Virus record (IMG/VR): IMGVR_UViG_3300043673_000021
Coordinates: 33,626-97,625 of that record
DNA length: 64,000 bases
Source of the DNA: a virus
Reading direction: 5' to 3' (one strand)
Shown here piece after piece: positions 29,347 to 39,165 of the stretch. Both the position numbers and the translations under genes were made by a program. The stretch's first letter is position 1. Every line of letters begins with the position of its first letter. The notes below the pieces were generated by a model. The model was not told the origin of the DNA. It did not search any database and was given only the letters and a program-made list of their open reading frames with translations.

Positions 29347-30258
29347 TTAGATGGACCCCAAGAGAACATCCAGCCCGAGATTCTCGCCGATGGCCGATGC
29401 CGCCAACTTGAACGCATCCGAGAGCAATTCTGCGGGACGATACAGCTTGTAGATGAAGCGCAACTTTCCGCCATTCACGCGAAACCGAAGGCGAGCCTCA
29501 ATTGACACCGGCTTCTCGCCGAAGAACACCGGAATGAGGATCGTGAACGCATCCGGTATCTCCATGTCGCCAGCTTGCCCAACGCCAGCCGTGACGACCT
29601 CCTGGTAAGCGAACTTAACAGCGCCACTCTTCGGCGTTACCTTGGAGGCAAAGTTCATTTCAACGGTTGCGGTCAGGTCACGCGCAACCTCCAGCATTGT
29701 GGCTGGCGAGGGGGTAGAAATGTCCCTGAAATTATCCTCGATAAATTCGGCAAACTCTGCTTGCTGAATCTCCTTCTCGTTCTTTGCCATCCAGAGGTTC
29801 CACTGTTCTGATGTGCGCAAGATAAGCGTAGCCTGATGGTCAAGAAACTCTGCGCCCGCTACCGTGTAGGTCGCCTCAGAGGTGACCCAAGTAGCCCCTG
29901 CGGTTTCCGGTTCTGCAGCGGGGAGTGCCTTCGGCGCGTCGTTTGCGCAGTGGTAGTCCAGCACGGCGCGAAAACTCATTGCCTTCGGATCGGCGAAGAC
30001 TCGGGTCCGGCTGTCCTGGTACAACTTGATGTACTTGCAGAAGCTGTCCGCATCCGTCAGCCCCACTGCCGCTTTGATGTGCTCCGGCTTGCGCTTCGGG
30101 AGCCCGTAGGGATACTTCTCATTCAGCAACGAAACCATCCTGGAATCGTTGGGCACAATCGCGAACGGGATCTCCGTAGCGTCAGTGATGGGCTTTCCCA
30201 GCTTTTGGCCGAGGGATACCGCCTCAGTCAAAAAAGCCGCGTTCTTATCGTCTGCCAT
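29347..30258 (-). CDS. DUF2303 (YfdQ-like) protein
   Basis: AVLDYH, QAEFAEFIEDN, IPVFFG...ARLRFRV. Confidence 0.85.
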   Translation of the reverse strand: MADDKNAAFLTEAVSLGQKLGKPITDATEIPFAIVPNDSRMVSLLNEKYPYGLPKRKPEHIKAAVGLTDADSFCKYIKLYQDSRTRVFADPKAMSFRAVLDYHCANDAPKALPAAEPETAGATWVTSEATYTVAGAEFLDHQATLILRTSEQWNLWMAKNEKEIQQAEFAEFIEDNFRDISTPSPATMLEVARDLTATVEMNFASKVTPKSGAVKFAYQEVVTAGVGQAGDMEIPDAFTILIPVFFGEKPVSIEARLRFRVNGGKLRFIYKLYRPAELLSDAFKLAASAIGENLGLDVLLGSI

Positions 30259-30604
30259 TAGTTTCTTTCTCCTTCTCGAAATCGAGTTGCTCTTGATTGG
30301 GGTCGTCGCGCGTCAGATGGTTGTCTTCCGACACGAAGAAAATGCTGGAACCCTGCGACGGTTGCGGCTCCTTGATGGTCACCATCGGGGTGATCTCAAA
30401 TTGGTTGATTCTGCCGTCGCAGATGCCAGCCGGTATGAGTTCGAGGGTGATTGTGAGTTTGCCCTTCTTGCCGGTGCGAATGATTCCGTCAGTCAATTCC
30501 TGCAACTGCCTGCCGCACTCGATCAGAAAGTTGCCGCGGTTGCATTCGGCCATTACGCCGACGACGTCCGCAGTTTGTGATGCCTTCTCTTTTTGGTCTG
30601 CCAT
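30245..30604 (-). CDS. Conserved partner upstream of DUF2303
   Basis: TGKKGKLTITL...IFFVSEDNHLTRDDPNQ. Confidence 0.7.
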   Translation of the reverse strand: MADQKEKASQTADVVGVMAECNRGNFLIECGRQLQELTDGIIRTGKKGKLTITLELIPAGICDGRINQFEITPMVTIKEPQPSQGSSIFFVSEDNHLTRDDPNQEQLDFEKEKETNGRR

Positions 30605-30718
30605 TATGCCTTCTCTCCTGTGTAATTTGCTAAGTCGTGGTGGCGTAGATCGTGGATGCCATGGACTCGGGGCCGTCTCAGTTCCTGAGGTCGCACTCGA
30701 AGGAGCGTACGGCGGGGG

Positions 30719-31204
30719 TCATTGGCGTCCATCCATAACTTGGTCATCATCGTGGATGCCCCACGCAACGCTCCACGCCAGCCAAGGCGAACGCAGCCCC
30801 TCGTAGCAGTCGTGATCCTCGCGATCCCACGGCTTGATCCAAAAGATCCATGCGGCGCGAAGCGAGCGCCCCAGCCGGAGGCGCAACGGCGCGAGTTTCG
30901 TCTTTGGCGGCGCGATGCTGGCGAAGTACTCAGCGATCGGCATCACCGGGATGAGTTCGTTACAGCGCCAGCCGTAGCGGTCCTTTTCGAATCCCATGCG
31001 CGCGGCAATCGGCGCAGACACCTTGCCATCTGAGACGTAGGCAAAGTCAACGGCCTGCTGAATGTCGCATTGCCACACCCAATCAGTCTTCCCATTGGTG
31101 TAATGGCCGCGCTTCTGGCAGTTGTCGCAGTTGGAAACCTGCCAGTCCGCGCCTTGAGATCCGCAGTAGAACGGACGCACCCTAACTTCCAATTCGCCAG
31201 CCAT
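30719..31204 (-). CDS. Hypothetical Cys-containing protein
   Basis: GAGGG RBS. Confidence 0.55.
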   Translation of the reverse strand: MAGELEVRVRPFYCGSQGADWQVSNCDNCQKRGHYTNGKTDWVWQCDIQQAVDFAYVSDGKVSAPIAARMGFEKDRYGWRCNELIPVMPIAEYFASIAPPKTKLAPLRLRLGRSLRAAWIFWIKPWDREDHDCYEGLRSPWLAWSVAWGIHDDDQVMDGRQ

Positions 31205-31963
31205 CTAGACCCCCTCCCCTTCCGCCGCGATAAGCGCGTCAACGGCGCGAGCGAGTTCCACGCGGACGCCGGCAATGGCAGCCGCCACGAGTTTCGTGTC
31301 AACCTCAGATACGATGACCTGCGCGGCACGGTGATCAAGTACCCGCTCTAAAAGCTTGGATATCCCCTGATTCTTGATCTCCGAATGGACCTGAGGATCA
31401 GAGAATATTTCGCGCATGTGCGCGCCGAGAACTTTAGCCGATTCAGCTTCAGCCGCGGCCAATGCGCTCGGTGTAATTTTTTGCAGTCTATCTTTAACGT
31501 AATCGGCCGTCCACATGTCGGCCATCTGGACAGACATGCGCTCAATGATCACCTTCTCTATGGCACTCTTGGCAGCCGACCTCATCTGGCGATCAAGCCA
31601 ATGAGGCATATCGTAAGAGCGAAAGGCTTCATCTATTGCCAACCGCCAATCGTCTGCCGCCTTTTCTTTTCTGGCAACCTCTTCAGCCCACCACGTCACG
31701 AATTTATCCGTCTTACAGAACTCGCGTATGTCCGCTACGCAATACCGGATCTTTGGCCGGGAATCCTCATTGTTTGGGTCGTAGATAAAGACTGGCTGCA
31801 AGCCCTCTTGCGAGCGGCAGAACCCCTGAAGAGCTTCAGGAGTGATCCCGAAGAATGCCTTAACCTCTGAGGTCGTTAGAAGATAGCCATCGCTCAGTTC
31901 GGCGGTATCTTCTCGTGTCGCTGGCCAACTATGGGGCGTGTAGTTATTTCGGGTTCTACTCAT
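31205..31963 (-). CDS. Hypothetical protein, possible MerR-like HTH near the N-terminus
   Basis: GGGAG RBS before MSRTRNN; LLTTSEVKAFFGITPEAL...IRYCVADIREF; credible part of the 800-aa track ORF. Confidence 0.6.
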   Translation of the reverse strand: MSRTRNNYTPHSWPATREDTAELSDGYLLTTSEVKAFFGITPEALQGFCRSQEGLQPVFIYDPNNEDSRPKIRYCVADIREFCKTDKFVTWWAEEVARKEKAADDWRLAIDEAFRSYDMPHWLDRQMRSAAKSAIEKVIIERMSVQMADMWTADYVKDRLQKITPSALAAAEAESAKVLGAHMREIFSDPQVHSEIKNQGISKLLERVLDHRAAQVIVSEVDTKLVAAAIAGVRVELARAVDALIAAEGEGV

Positions 31964-31982
31964 CGCAACGTCTCCCTTCTGG

Positions 31983-32237
31983 ATTGTCCACAAACTGTCC
32001 ACTATCCGGGCAATGTCGTCTATCGAGGACCGAAAACAACCGCAATAGCCCGTCATTTCACAAGCTAGACCGTATGCGTACGCTCTAGTGATATCAAAAA
32101 TTAGATATATTAGCAAGTGTGAAAGAGAAAAATATGAATGTTTTCTGTTACTTGGATCTTCCGACTGTCCACTATTGGCCACTTTGATAGACTGTCCGGT
32201 GAGCCCAACATGAAGATTCAACCGCCAAATAGTGGAC
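31983..32237. promoter_or_regulatory. Putative intact attP: arm-type repeats around an imperfect palindrome and AT-rich segment
   Basis: ACTGTCCACTAT at 31994 and 32164, variants near 31983, 32175, 32191 and an inverted copy near 32229; palindrome CTAGACCGTATGCGTACGCTCTAG at 32065-32088. Confidence 0.68.
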
Positions 32238-33364
32238 GCCCATCGAAGCCGACGAAGCGTACGGGACGTGCCAGAAAAGGCGACGGCTCCTTGAAACTCC
32301 GCGGCAAGATCTGGTGGTACATTATCCCCGGTGCGACGCCGGGCGCTAAGCGCATTGAGAAGTCTTGCGAGACGTCGATCTACGCAGATGCAGTCCAGAT
32401 CAAGGCGCGCGCGCTTGTGGAGGTTCGGGGAGTCCAAGCACGGACCCCCGGTATACGCGGAGCCAAATTGACAGTGGGCGATGTGCTTGACGGGTACGAG
32501 CGCTATTGCGAGAAGCAGCGCCCGCGGTCGTGGGGTTCGATGCGAACCGCCATCAAGCATCTTCGCGCGGCCTTTGGTCGAATCGTTGCCGACGAACTCA
32601 CGACGGCCGACACGGATCAATTCCGGGATGACCGGATCGCGGACGACTCCGTTACCGACTCGACCGTCAACCGGGAACTGGGATATCTTCGCGCTGCGCT
32701 CCGACGCGAAACGATAGTAACCCCGCCGCGCGTCACTCGCATTCCGTACATGCGTATGCCTAGCGAAAAGGACCTCGTCCGTGAAGGGTTCATTGACAGG
32801 GAAGATTACCAAAAGATCCTGGCCGAACTCACCCCAAGTCTTCAGGCGATTTTCGTATGTGCTTTCCATACCGGCGCGCGGTCTGGAGAACTGAAGATGA
32901 TCCAGTGGCGTCAAGTTGATTTTGCGAACAGCGTCATTGAGCTTCGCCCGAAGATTACAAAGAACAGTGACGGTCGCTGGATTCCCATTTGGGGCGACAT
33001 GCGCGAGTACCTGGAGCGGCAAAAGGCGATTCGGGACAGGGACTTTCCGGAATGCAAATGGGTTTTCTTTTGGCATCACAAATACCACCATCGGGCAATT
33101 CCAGGCGAGCCCCTGAAGGATTTCCGTTGGGCTTGGTCCGAAGCCTGCGAACGCGCGGGGTTCTCCGATCTTCTGTTTCACGACCTTCGCCGTTCCGCCA
33201 TTAAGTACGCCGATCAAGAAGCGGGGATAAGTCCGATTCGTGTTCGGCTGATGAGTGGCCACAAAACCGACGCCGTCTACTCCCGCTACAACATTGGAGG
33301 GGCAAAGGACATCGCTAAAATGGGGGCCGACCTCGATGAATCTCTTAAGCGGAAGAGGCGGTAG
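32210..33364 (+). CDS. int: Tyrosine integrase
   Basis: N-terminal arm domain (GDGSLKLRGKIWW), TGARSGE, TKN, FHDLRRS, SGHKT...RY; start placed at MKIQPP (track start 32138). Confidence 0.93.
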   Translation: MKIQPPNSGRPSKPTKRTGRARKGDGSLKLRGKIWWYIIPGATPGAKRIEKSCETSIYADAVQIKARALVEVRGVQARTPGIRGAKLTVGDVLDGYERYCEKQRPRSWGSMRTAIKHLRAAFGRIVADELTTADTDQFRDDRIADDSVTDSTVNRELGYLRAALRRETIVTPPRVTRIPYMRMPSEKDLVREGFIDREDYQKILAELTPSLQAIFVCAFHTGARSGELKMIQWRQVDFANSVIELRPKITKNSDGRWIPIWGDMREYLERQKAIRDRDFPECKWVFFWHHKYHHRAIPGEPLKDFRWAWSEACERAGFSDLLFHDLRRSAIKYADQEAGISPIRVRLMSGHKTDAVYSRYNIGGAKDIAKMGADLDESLKRKRR

Positions 33365-33366
33365 TA

Positions 33367-33597
33367 TCATGCTGCGGGGATTTCCAGTTTGAACGACTCC
33401 ATTGCCTGATCGATATCCATTCGATCCATCATCAGGCGCTTGCCCATTTTGATTACTCGAATCCGACCGCGCCGCGCCATCATGCGCATTGCCTCTGCCG
33501 AACGCCCACCGCAGTATTCTCCAGCCTCCGCTAGGGTAAAATAGCGAGCCTGAATCGGCGCTTTCTCTTCCATGTCTCTCGTTCTCATCCCTCGCAC
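33367..33597 (-). CDS. xis: Excisionase-like HTH protein
   Basis: YFTLAEAGEYCG...RGRIRVIKMGKRLMMDRMDID; converges on int. Confidence 0.8.
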   Translation of the reverse strand: MRGMRTRDMEEKAPIQARYFTLAEAGEYCGGRSAEAMRMMARRGRIRVIKMGKRLMMDRMDIDQAMESFKLEIPAA

Positions 33598-34238
33598 TCC
33601 TCCACAAATCCCGCGATCACAATCGACGGGTCGTGCCCCGCCGCACTCATATTCTTGGCGATAGCCAGGGCGGCGTCAGCCAGTTCATCCGCGGTCATCG
33701 GGATATATAGCCCGCCCGATGTAGGCTCCCACCCCTCGCAGTTGTAGGCCAAACTCGGAGCGTTAGAAATCTCCCCCTCGCGCACGATCCAAGCCGCCGG
33801 TGGAGACACGACCTGCACGGTGTGAACCTGAGAGGCAGACATGTGTGCGGGAACCCCGGACTGGAGAACTTCCCGATTGAACGCCATGCGGGCCTTCCGC
33901 AACGGCTCTACCTCCATCTTGCCGAGAATGCCTGAAAAGAAGCGATACTCCGTCAGGTCGATAGCGAACTCGGCGTCTGTCTCGGTCGCCCTCCAGTTGC
34001 TGACGTTTCCGTATATCAATTCGAGTGATACGTCCTGCCGGTGATTGTGTGGCGCAAGGCAGAATTCTGCCGTTGGCAGGTCGAGGCGTTTAAAGATATT
34101 GATCAGCCCATGACCCGGAGTCGCATGAAAAACACGCACCATACCAACCTCGTCGCTCACGCGCTCCGAGATAACCAAGCTGTCCACGCCCTTGACGTGA
34201 CAGTTCTTCAACCCGCTGATAAATTTCATATCTTTCAT
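33585..34238 (-). CDS. Cupin-like hypothetical protein
   Basis: PHNH...VHTV metal-ligand-like spacing. Confidence 0.55.
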   Translation of the reverse strand: MKDMKFISGLKNCHVKGVDSLVISERVSDEVGMVRVFHATPGHGLINIFKRLDLPTAEFCLAPHNHRQDVSLELIYGNVSNWRATETDAEFAIDLTEYRFFSGILGKMEVEPLRKARMAFNREVLQSGVPAHMSASQVHTVQVVSPPAAWIVREGEISNAPSLAYNCEGWEPTSGGLYIPMTADELADAALAIAKNMSAAGHDPSIVIAGFVEECEG

Positions 34239-34412
34239 CCCAATCGATCCAATCCCGGCTTAGCCCCGTGCCGAGTAACCGCCCCAAGGAACGCACCGCC
34301 GTCATACCGCACCGTCACCCGAATGCCAGCCTGTTGTGGGTCCACTGCGCCTTACCCGCCGGGCTATCCCACCTCTTGGCATGGCAAACCTTTATTTCGT
34401 CGATGGTGAAGG

Positions 34413-35306
34413 TCACTGGGTCACCCCAAACTTCGCCTTAATCTCGCCCGCCAACTTAGCCGCGAAATCCGCCCGTCGCTCCGTGATCAGCGCCATCTCG
34501 TGATTGCCACCCCGGCTGTGTTGCGAGGCTTCGGCGTTCAGCGTGCGGCACTGATCCATTAGCGTCTCAGCGCACTCTCGGGCGGTCTGCTCGATGGCCC
34601 TTTTCACGTACTGAGGACAAACCTCTTCGGCGTTGATCGAGTCGAGCATTATCACCGAACTTCGCAAACTGGCCACTTGCTCCTGGAGTTCGGCGATCTG
34701 GCGGTCCCGAGATTCTATCTCACCACCGAAATACTGAAGGCGCTCCGTGAAGCCAGCGACCAACTTAGAATGTGCTCTCGCCTGATACTCAATGTCAGCC
34801 TTCAGGCTGTTGATCTTGGCGTCCACCACGCTATGCTCGATGAGCGCGCCCTCGATGCTGTCCTGAATGCACTTCTGCCCGAACTGGGCGTCCATGGTTA
34901 GGCGTTCGATCGCGCGGTCGGCCATCGAGCACTTAGTCTCGATCTGCAGCCCGTTCATCTCTTCGCCGAAGTGCCGCTCGAACCACGAGTGGGCTAGCTT
35001 GATCTGCACCTCGGCCGCCAAGTCCTGCTCACGCCACCTGTCCTTAACTTCGCGCTCTCGGTCGAGTTCCTTGCGGAAGCGTTCAATCTCCGAGACGTCG
35101 CGCTCTTGCCATGCCCTTTCGGTGTCTGGAAGAGACGCGCAAATATTGCTTTGACAGATACACTCGCAGAACGGGTTACCGCACTGAATGCGCCACTGAG
35201 TGGCCGTCAGATTATCAGCCAAACGGGCCTGCTCTATAGCGGAGGTACCGCAAAATGGGCAGGACTTCAGATCATCTCGCTGCTGTGTCGTCCAAGGGTG
35301 CGCCAT
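34413..35306 (-). CDS. Lar-like (restriction alleviation) zinc domain plus coiled coil
   Basis: LKSCPFCG...IQC...C...ERAWQER. Confidence 0.65.
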   Translation of the reverse strand: MAHPWTTQQRDDLKSCPFCGTSAIEQARLADNLTATQWRIQCGNPFCECICQSNICASLPDTERAWQERDVSEIERFRKELDREREVKDRWREQDLAAEVQIKLAHSWFERHFGEEMNGLQIETKCSMADRAIERLTMDAQFGQKCIQDSIEGALIEHSVVDAKINSLKADIEYQARAHSKLVAGFTERLQYFGGEIESRDRQIAELQEQVASLRSSVIMLDSINAEEVCPQYVKRAIEQTARECAETLMDQCRTLNAEASQHSRGGNHEMALITERRADFAAKLAGEIKAKFGVTQ

Positions 35307-35548
35307 TACTTGCCGCCCCTCGCCAGCGCGTCTCTTTCGGCTTCGCGCTTGATCTGAATGTCTGTCTTGGCGTGCGGGTCAACCAGTGTTTGCAGAAGCT
35401 TCCCAACACACGATGAATGGCAAAGGTGCCAGCCTTTACCAAGCAATTCCGTGCGCTTCAGTTCGAACCCATTCCCGCTGGTTCCCGTCATAATCCACAC
35501 TGGGCCAGTGCGCTCTTCGCCGCAGTTGTCGCAGGTAACGGTGATCAC
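35306..35548 (-). CDS. Small zinc-binding protein
   Basis: CDNCG...HLCHSSC. Confidence 0.5.
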   Translation of the reverse strand: MITVTCDNCGEERTGPVWIMTGTSGNGFELKRTELLGKGWHLCHSSCVGKLLQTLVDPHAKTDIQIKREAERDALARGGK

Positions 35549-35742
35549 GCTTTCTCCTTATCTCGAAACTCCGCCATCACCGCGGCAACCGCAAGGAACC
35601 CGGGGCACGGATCGCCCAGTGGAGCCGCGCATCGTTCCGCGTAGTCATCCAGCGTGCAGCCGCACTTGTCGCAGATGCATTTGCCCGCCAAGGTGGCCTT
35701 CACGTATTCGCGCTCTTGCTTTAGGGTTTCGCTAAGTTGCAT
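35545..35742 (-). CDS. Small Cys-rich protein
   Basis: CDKCG...C...CPGF. Confidence 0.5.
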   Translation of the reverse strand: MQLSETLKQEREYVKATLAGKCICDKCGCTLDDYAERCAAPLGDPCPGFLAVAAVMAEFRDKEKA

Positions 35743-36025
35743 CTGCGCCGTCCTGTTTTGCGGATCGAATGGCTATCGAAATAGCGCCTGATCGCACGCC
35801 TTTCATGACCACGGAAGAGAACCATGCCGATACCCCCGCCGTTTTATCGAATCCCATGACATTAGCGACGGCACCACAATGAACCTCGCCGCGATGATAA
35901 GCAAGCGCGAGTTCCATTTCCTGCAACTCTTTGTTAGATGGTCCAGGCCTATCAAATACGCCAAGCTTCGCCTCGGCCTCTTTCGCCAGTTCCAACAGGC
36001 TCTTAATCTCTTTTGGTTCGCTCAT
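35732..36025 (-). CDS. Hypothetical protein
   Basis: ATGA coupling. Confidence 0.5.
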   Translation of the reverse strand: MSEPKEIKSLLELAKEAEAKLGVFDRPGPSNKELQEMELALAYHRGEVHCGAVANVMGFDKTAGVSAWFSSVVMKGVRSGAISIAIRSAKQDGADAT

Positions 36026-36582
36026 TTGCCCTCTCCTTCGACCGCCGCCAGTGCCGCCAATGCGACCGCGTGCGGAAGTTCCTGCGCCACGCCGCTAAAT
36101 GCCTTCCCCTTCTCGAAGAACGCGATCCAGCCCTCATCCTTGAAACCTTGGCCCATGCTGGCTATCCAGCCGAGTTCCTTCATCTGATTCAGGACAGCGA
36201 GCATTTGTTCGCCGGAAGTCGAAAGCGCCGGCGGAAACCACTCCATGCCTCCGCCTGCCGTTGCGATCAAGGTCCAGCCACCACGCTTAAATCCTACGCC
36301 GGGCCAATAATCGGGCAACGCTGGCCTTCCCCATCCAAGGGCTAAAGCTAGTTCTGTGTCAAGTTTTGATGCCGACGAGAAACCCATCTTCGTCGCCTCC
36401 TTAGCCCTACGCTGGAGTATCTGGCTAACCCGAAGTTCCACCGGGATCATGCGGCGACCGGAAACCCAATAGAGGGTCGAGAGAATCGCGCCTGCAAGCA
36501 CGCGTTCTGGGCTCGGTGGAGTATTGACAAGTTGATCGACGATGTCATCGATTGCGCGTTCGACACGGGCTTCGGACTTCAT
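36022..36582 (-). CDS. Protein with phage ABA-sandwich-like C-terminal domain
   Basis: LDTELALALGW...LSTS...AVLNQM...PHAVALAALAAV. Confidence 0.55.
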   Translation of the reverse strand: MKSEARVERAIDDIVDQLVNTPPSPERVLAGAILSTLYWVSGRRMIPVELRVSQILQRRAKEATKMGFSSASKLDTELALALGWGRPALPDYWPGVGFKRGGWTLIATAGGGMEWFPPALSTSGEQMLAVLNQMKELGWIASMGQGFKDEGWIAFFEKGKAFSGVAQELPHAVALAALAAVEGEGK

Positions 36583-37566
36583 GCCGCCAATCTCCGTTCC
36601 GCGCGTCTCGCCAGTGCCCGCGCTACGAGCTCTGCCTCGATGGCTTCGGCGACTTCCGCCCAGATGCGTAGCGGGCGGTATGAGCGCTGTGTGGCAGCTT
36701 GGATTGCGAACAACTCAGCGTCTGAGAAATCGGCTATTTCCCTGTTACGGTAGAAAATCACGCGTCTCCCCTTTCGAGTGTCCATGCCAGCCACCTGTCG
36801 CCAACGTGATGTGCCTGAGAGACTCGCCTGCACGCGAGTTCGGGGTAGACCTTCGCTGCCAGATCGAACAGGAGGCAGGCCAGCCGATACCGCAACTGAT
36901 CTATCACTTTCCGCTCCCGTCCACAACCTTCGACTCCAGCCGCTTTAGCGCGCCGACGGCTTCATGTAAATCGATTCGCGCACCCACGTCGCTGTGCATC
37001 TTGGCGTCCCATTTCTTGGCAGCTTCGACTACGCGCCGCTCTGCCCTTCCTAACTCCGCGTCGCGCTCAACCGCCTGCATGTGATTCATAGCTTGCTCAA
37101 CTCCTGCCTAATAATCCCGATCACAACCAACATCAGCGCGAACATCGTCGCGATCCAGCGTCTGTGCCAGATGTCCCGCCGCGCTCGCATGAAGTCGTAG
37201 GCTTTCTGGAGCCCGGCGATTGTTTCGTTGGCCGACTCCAGTTGTGCCTTTGCCGAAATCAGGCGCATCTCGCTCATCGTTAGCTCCGGCTCCAGTTGGA
37301 TGTGCATCTTTGCCGCGAACTCGACATCGGCTTGGGTGATGTGCTTCATGCCACTTCCTCCGCTCTCACGCGCTGAATGCGCCAGTACTCCAGCATTGGT
37401 ATCGCCTTCACCTCGCGATGCTTGCAGGGGCCGAACACTCCGCAGATGAAGCACTCACGTCGCGCCCAAACTACCTCGCGGAAATCGCTCAGCGTCTCAA
37501 CGTATGCTGGCGGGTAGAAGGCACGCGCCCGACGTTCGGAGAAGGCGGCGATGGGGCTAACGAGGG

Positions 37567-39165
37567 TCATGCGGCTGCCTCCATGATTCGGCGACCAATC
37601 CAAGCCAGTACAGGAACGGCCATGCTGTTGCCTAGCGCCTTGTACCGGGGACCATCGGCTGCTTCTTTACCCCGAAAGGTAATGTTGGTAAATCCAACCG
37701 GAAACCCCTGCAAAATTTCGCATTCTTCTGGGATTAAACGTCTTACCGCAAACGTCTGGTTTCCCACGCCTTTTTGACTGCATCGCCCGGACTCTTGCTG
37801 CTTGTCCCGAGTGTCCCTCTCTTGAACTGCTGAGCATGCATCTGACAATAGCCATTGGCATGGTGTTTTCTGCCGCACCCCAAAACCGCACACGCCTTGT
37901 TTGGGTTCGATTCCATTTCGGATCGAATCGGAACAAACTGATTGTCCTTGATGAGTAGCGGATCGCCATATTTCTTGTAGCGCTGATAGTGCTTGGCGCA
38001 TAATGAAAATCCCTTCGCTGGCTTCCCACATACCAGACAAAAAGGTTTCTTGCGATGAAGCCGAATATGGCAACTCCGACAGATCCGCTCCAAATTCTCG
38101 GGTGAGTTGTTCTGCCAGTTCTCGTCTTTGTGGTGAACATCCGAAGCCTTCGGTTTGCCACAATGGCAACACGCTCCCTTTGGGCATATCTTCCGTGCGT
38201 GATAATGGGCCGTCTCCCACGATGGGTCCGCTATCACCGGCTTCGCATCGAATGCTTTCGCCATGCAAATCTGATCGCAGTATTTGCGGCGGTTGAAGTG
38301 AATTAAATACTCCAAGTCCCCATTCGGCAAACGCTTCCTCTCCAACTTCTTGGAGCAGAAGGTGCAATATTTTTCCGGTGTGGTTTTCTTGTGTGCTGGC
38401 ATGGCTGATACCATTATACTGCAAGGTATCATTCTCGGCTACATTAAATGCGACGGCGATTTGGCCACCTCCATTCGCGTGGCTCCCGTCGTGGCCCATA
38501 CTGCGCAGCGTCGGCGCAATTTGACCTGCATCAGCGCCGTGATCCTTGCAGGAAAAAGCCACCATGCCGGGGTCTCCATGACGCGTTGTGACTGGAGGGA
38601 AAGTATCCTCGCTGACAGAAAGGTTCGTGTCGCCAGCAGAATTACAGAACCCAATCGCCGGAGGGTGCGCCCCGCTCGCTAACGGATGGCATGGGTCGCC
38701 AGTCTTCGGGTTGCTCCGATTCGCCTTGCTCGTAATTTGCGTTGTGTCAAAGCAAATGGTCGGCACCCCAGCCCCGCCGCCATCCGTGGAGGCGATCGGC
38801 GGCGCAATCTCGTCTGGCGCAAACCCGTCCTGCCCACATGCGCGAAAAGCTACAGCGTGTTGCTTGCCCGATTGCAAGGTAAACATCGGGTCGCCATCCT
38901 GTCCGATACCGATACCAGCCCGCACGTCATCAGTGGACTTACCCGTTCTCGCCCCTGCCTCAAGGATCGGGATGGCTACCGCTATGATCGGAGTTCCTCT
39001 CCCCGTGCCATCCTCTAAGGCATCGAAGCCATCGGCGCGAAGAGAATGGGTAATTGCGGTGGACTCGTACAATGCTCTCGCCTCTGTGCCTAGAGTGGCC
39101 GCTGTTTCTGACTCGCTCCAGTACCCCTGTCCGGTAGCTACGAAAGTTTCCGATTCAGCGTCCAT
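37567..39165 (-). CDS. C5 cytosine methyltransferase, C-terminal part (modular variable region plus motifs IX and X)
   Basis: RRLIPEECEILQGFP and RYKALGNSMAVPV; about seven short modules upstream. Confidence 0.85.
   Translation of the reverse strand: MDAESETFVATGQGYWSESETAATLGTEARALYESTAITHSLRADGFDALEDGTGRGTPIIAVAIPILEAGARTGKSTDDVRAGIGIGQDGDPMFTLQSGKQHAVAFRACGQDGFAPDEIAPPIASTDGGGAGVPTICFDTTQITSKANRSNPKTGDPCHPLASGAHPPAIGFCNSAGDTNLSVSEDTFPPVTTRHGDPGMVAFSCKDHGADAGQIAPTLRSMGHDGSHANGGGQIAVAFNVAENDTLQYNGISHASTQENHTGKILHLLLQEVGEEAFAEWGLGVFNSLQPPQILRSDLHGESIRCEAGDSGPIVGDGPLSRTEDMPKGSVLPLWQTEGFGCSPQRRELAEQLTREFGADLSELPYSASSQETFLSGMWEASEGIFIMRQALSALQEIWRSATHQGQSVCSDSIRNGIEPKQGVCGFGVRQKTPCQWLLSDACSAVQERDTRDKQQESGRCSQKGVGNQTFAVRRLIPEECEILQGFPVGFTNITFRGKEAADGPRYKALGNSMAVPVLAWIGRRIMEAAA
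37743..38402 (-). CDS. HNH endonuclease overprinted inside the MTase C-terminal ORF
   Basis: CTFC...YCDQIC; CCHCG...DVHHKDENWQNNSPENLERICRSCHIRLH; two C-terminal Cys/His fingers. Confidence 0.85.
   Translation of the reverse strand: MPAHKKTTPEKYCTFCSKKLERKRLPNGDLEYLIHFNRRKYCDQICMAKAFDAKPVIADPSWETAHYHARKICPKGACCHCGKPKASDVHHKDENWQNNSPENLERICRSCHIRLHRKKPFCLVCGKPAKGFSLCAKHYQRYKKYGDPLLIKDNQFVPIRSEMESNPNKACAVLGCGRKHHANGYCQMHAQQFKRGTLGTSSKSPGDAVKKAWETRRLR
38406..38431 (-). promoter_or_regulatory. TATAAT box enclosed in the inverted repeat TGATACC/GGTATCA just upstream of the nested HNH
   Basis: TATAAT at 38418-38413 on the minus strand; arms at 38406-38412 and 38425-38431. Confidence 0.5.

Noticed and set aside
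31205-33607. 800-aa minus-strand ORF spanning int and attP
   Set aside because: The first roughly 547 codons are antisense to int or cross attP and show no motifs; only the part from ATG 31963 has an RBS and plausible composition.
37743-38445. Intein in the MTase
   Set aside because: No intein terminal residues in the MTase frame, and the nuclease is in a different frame.
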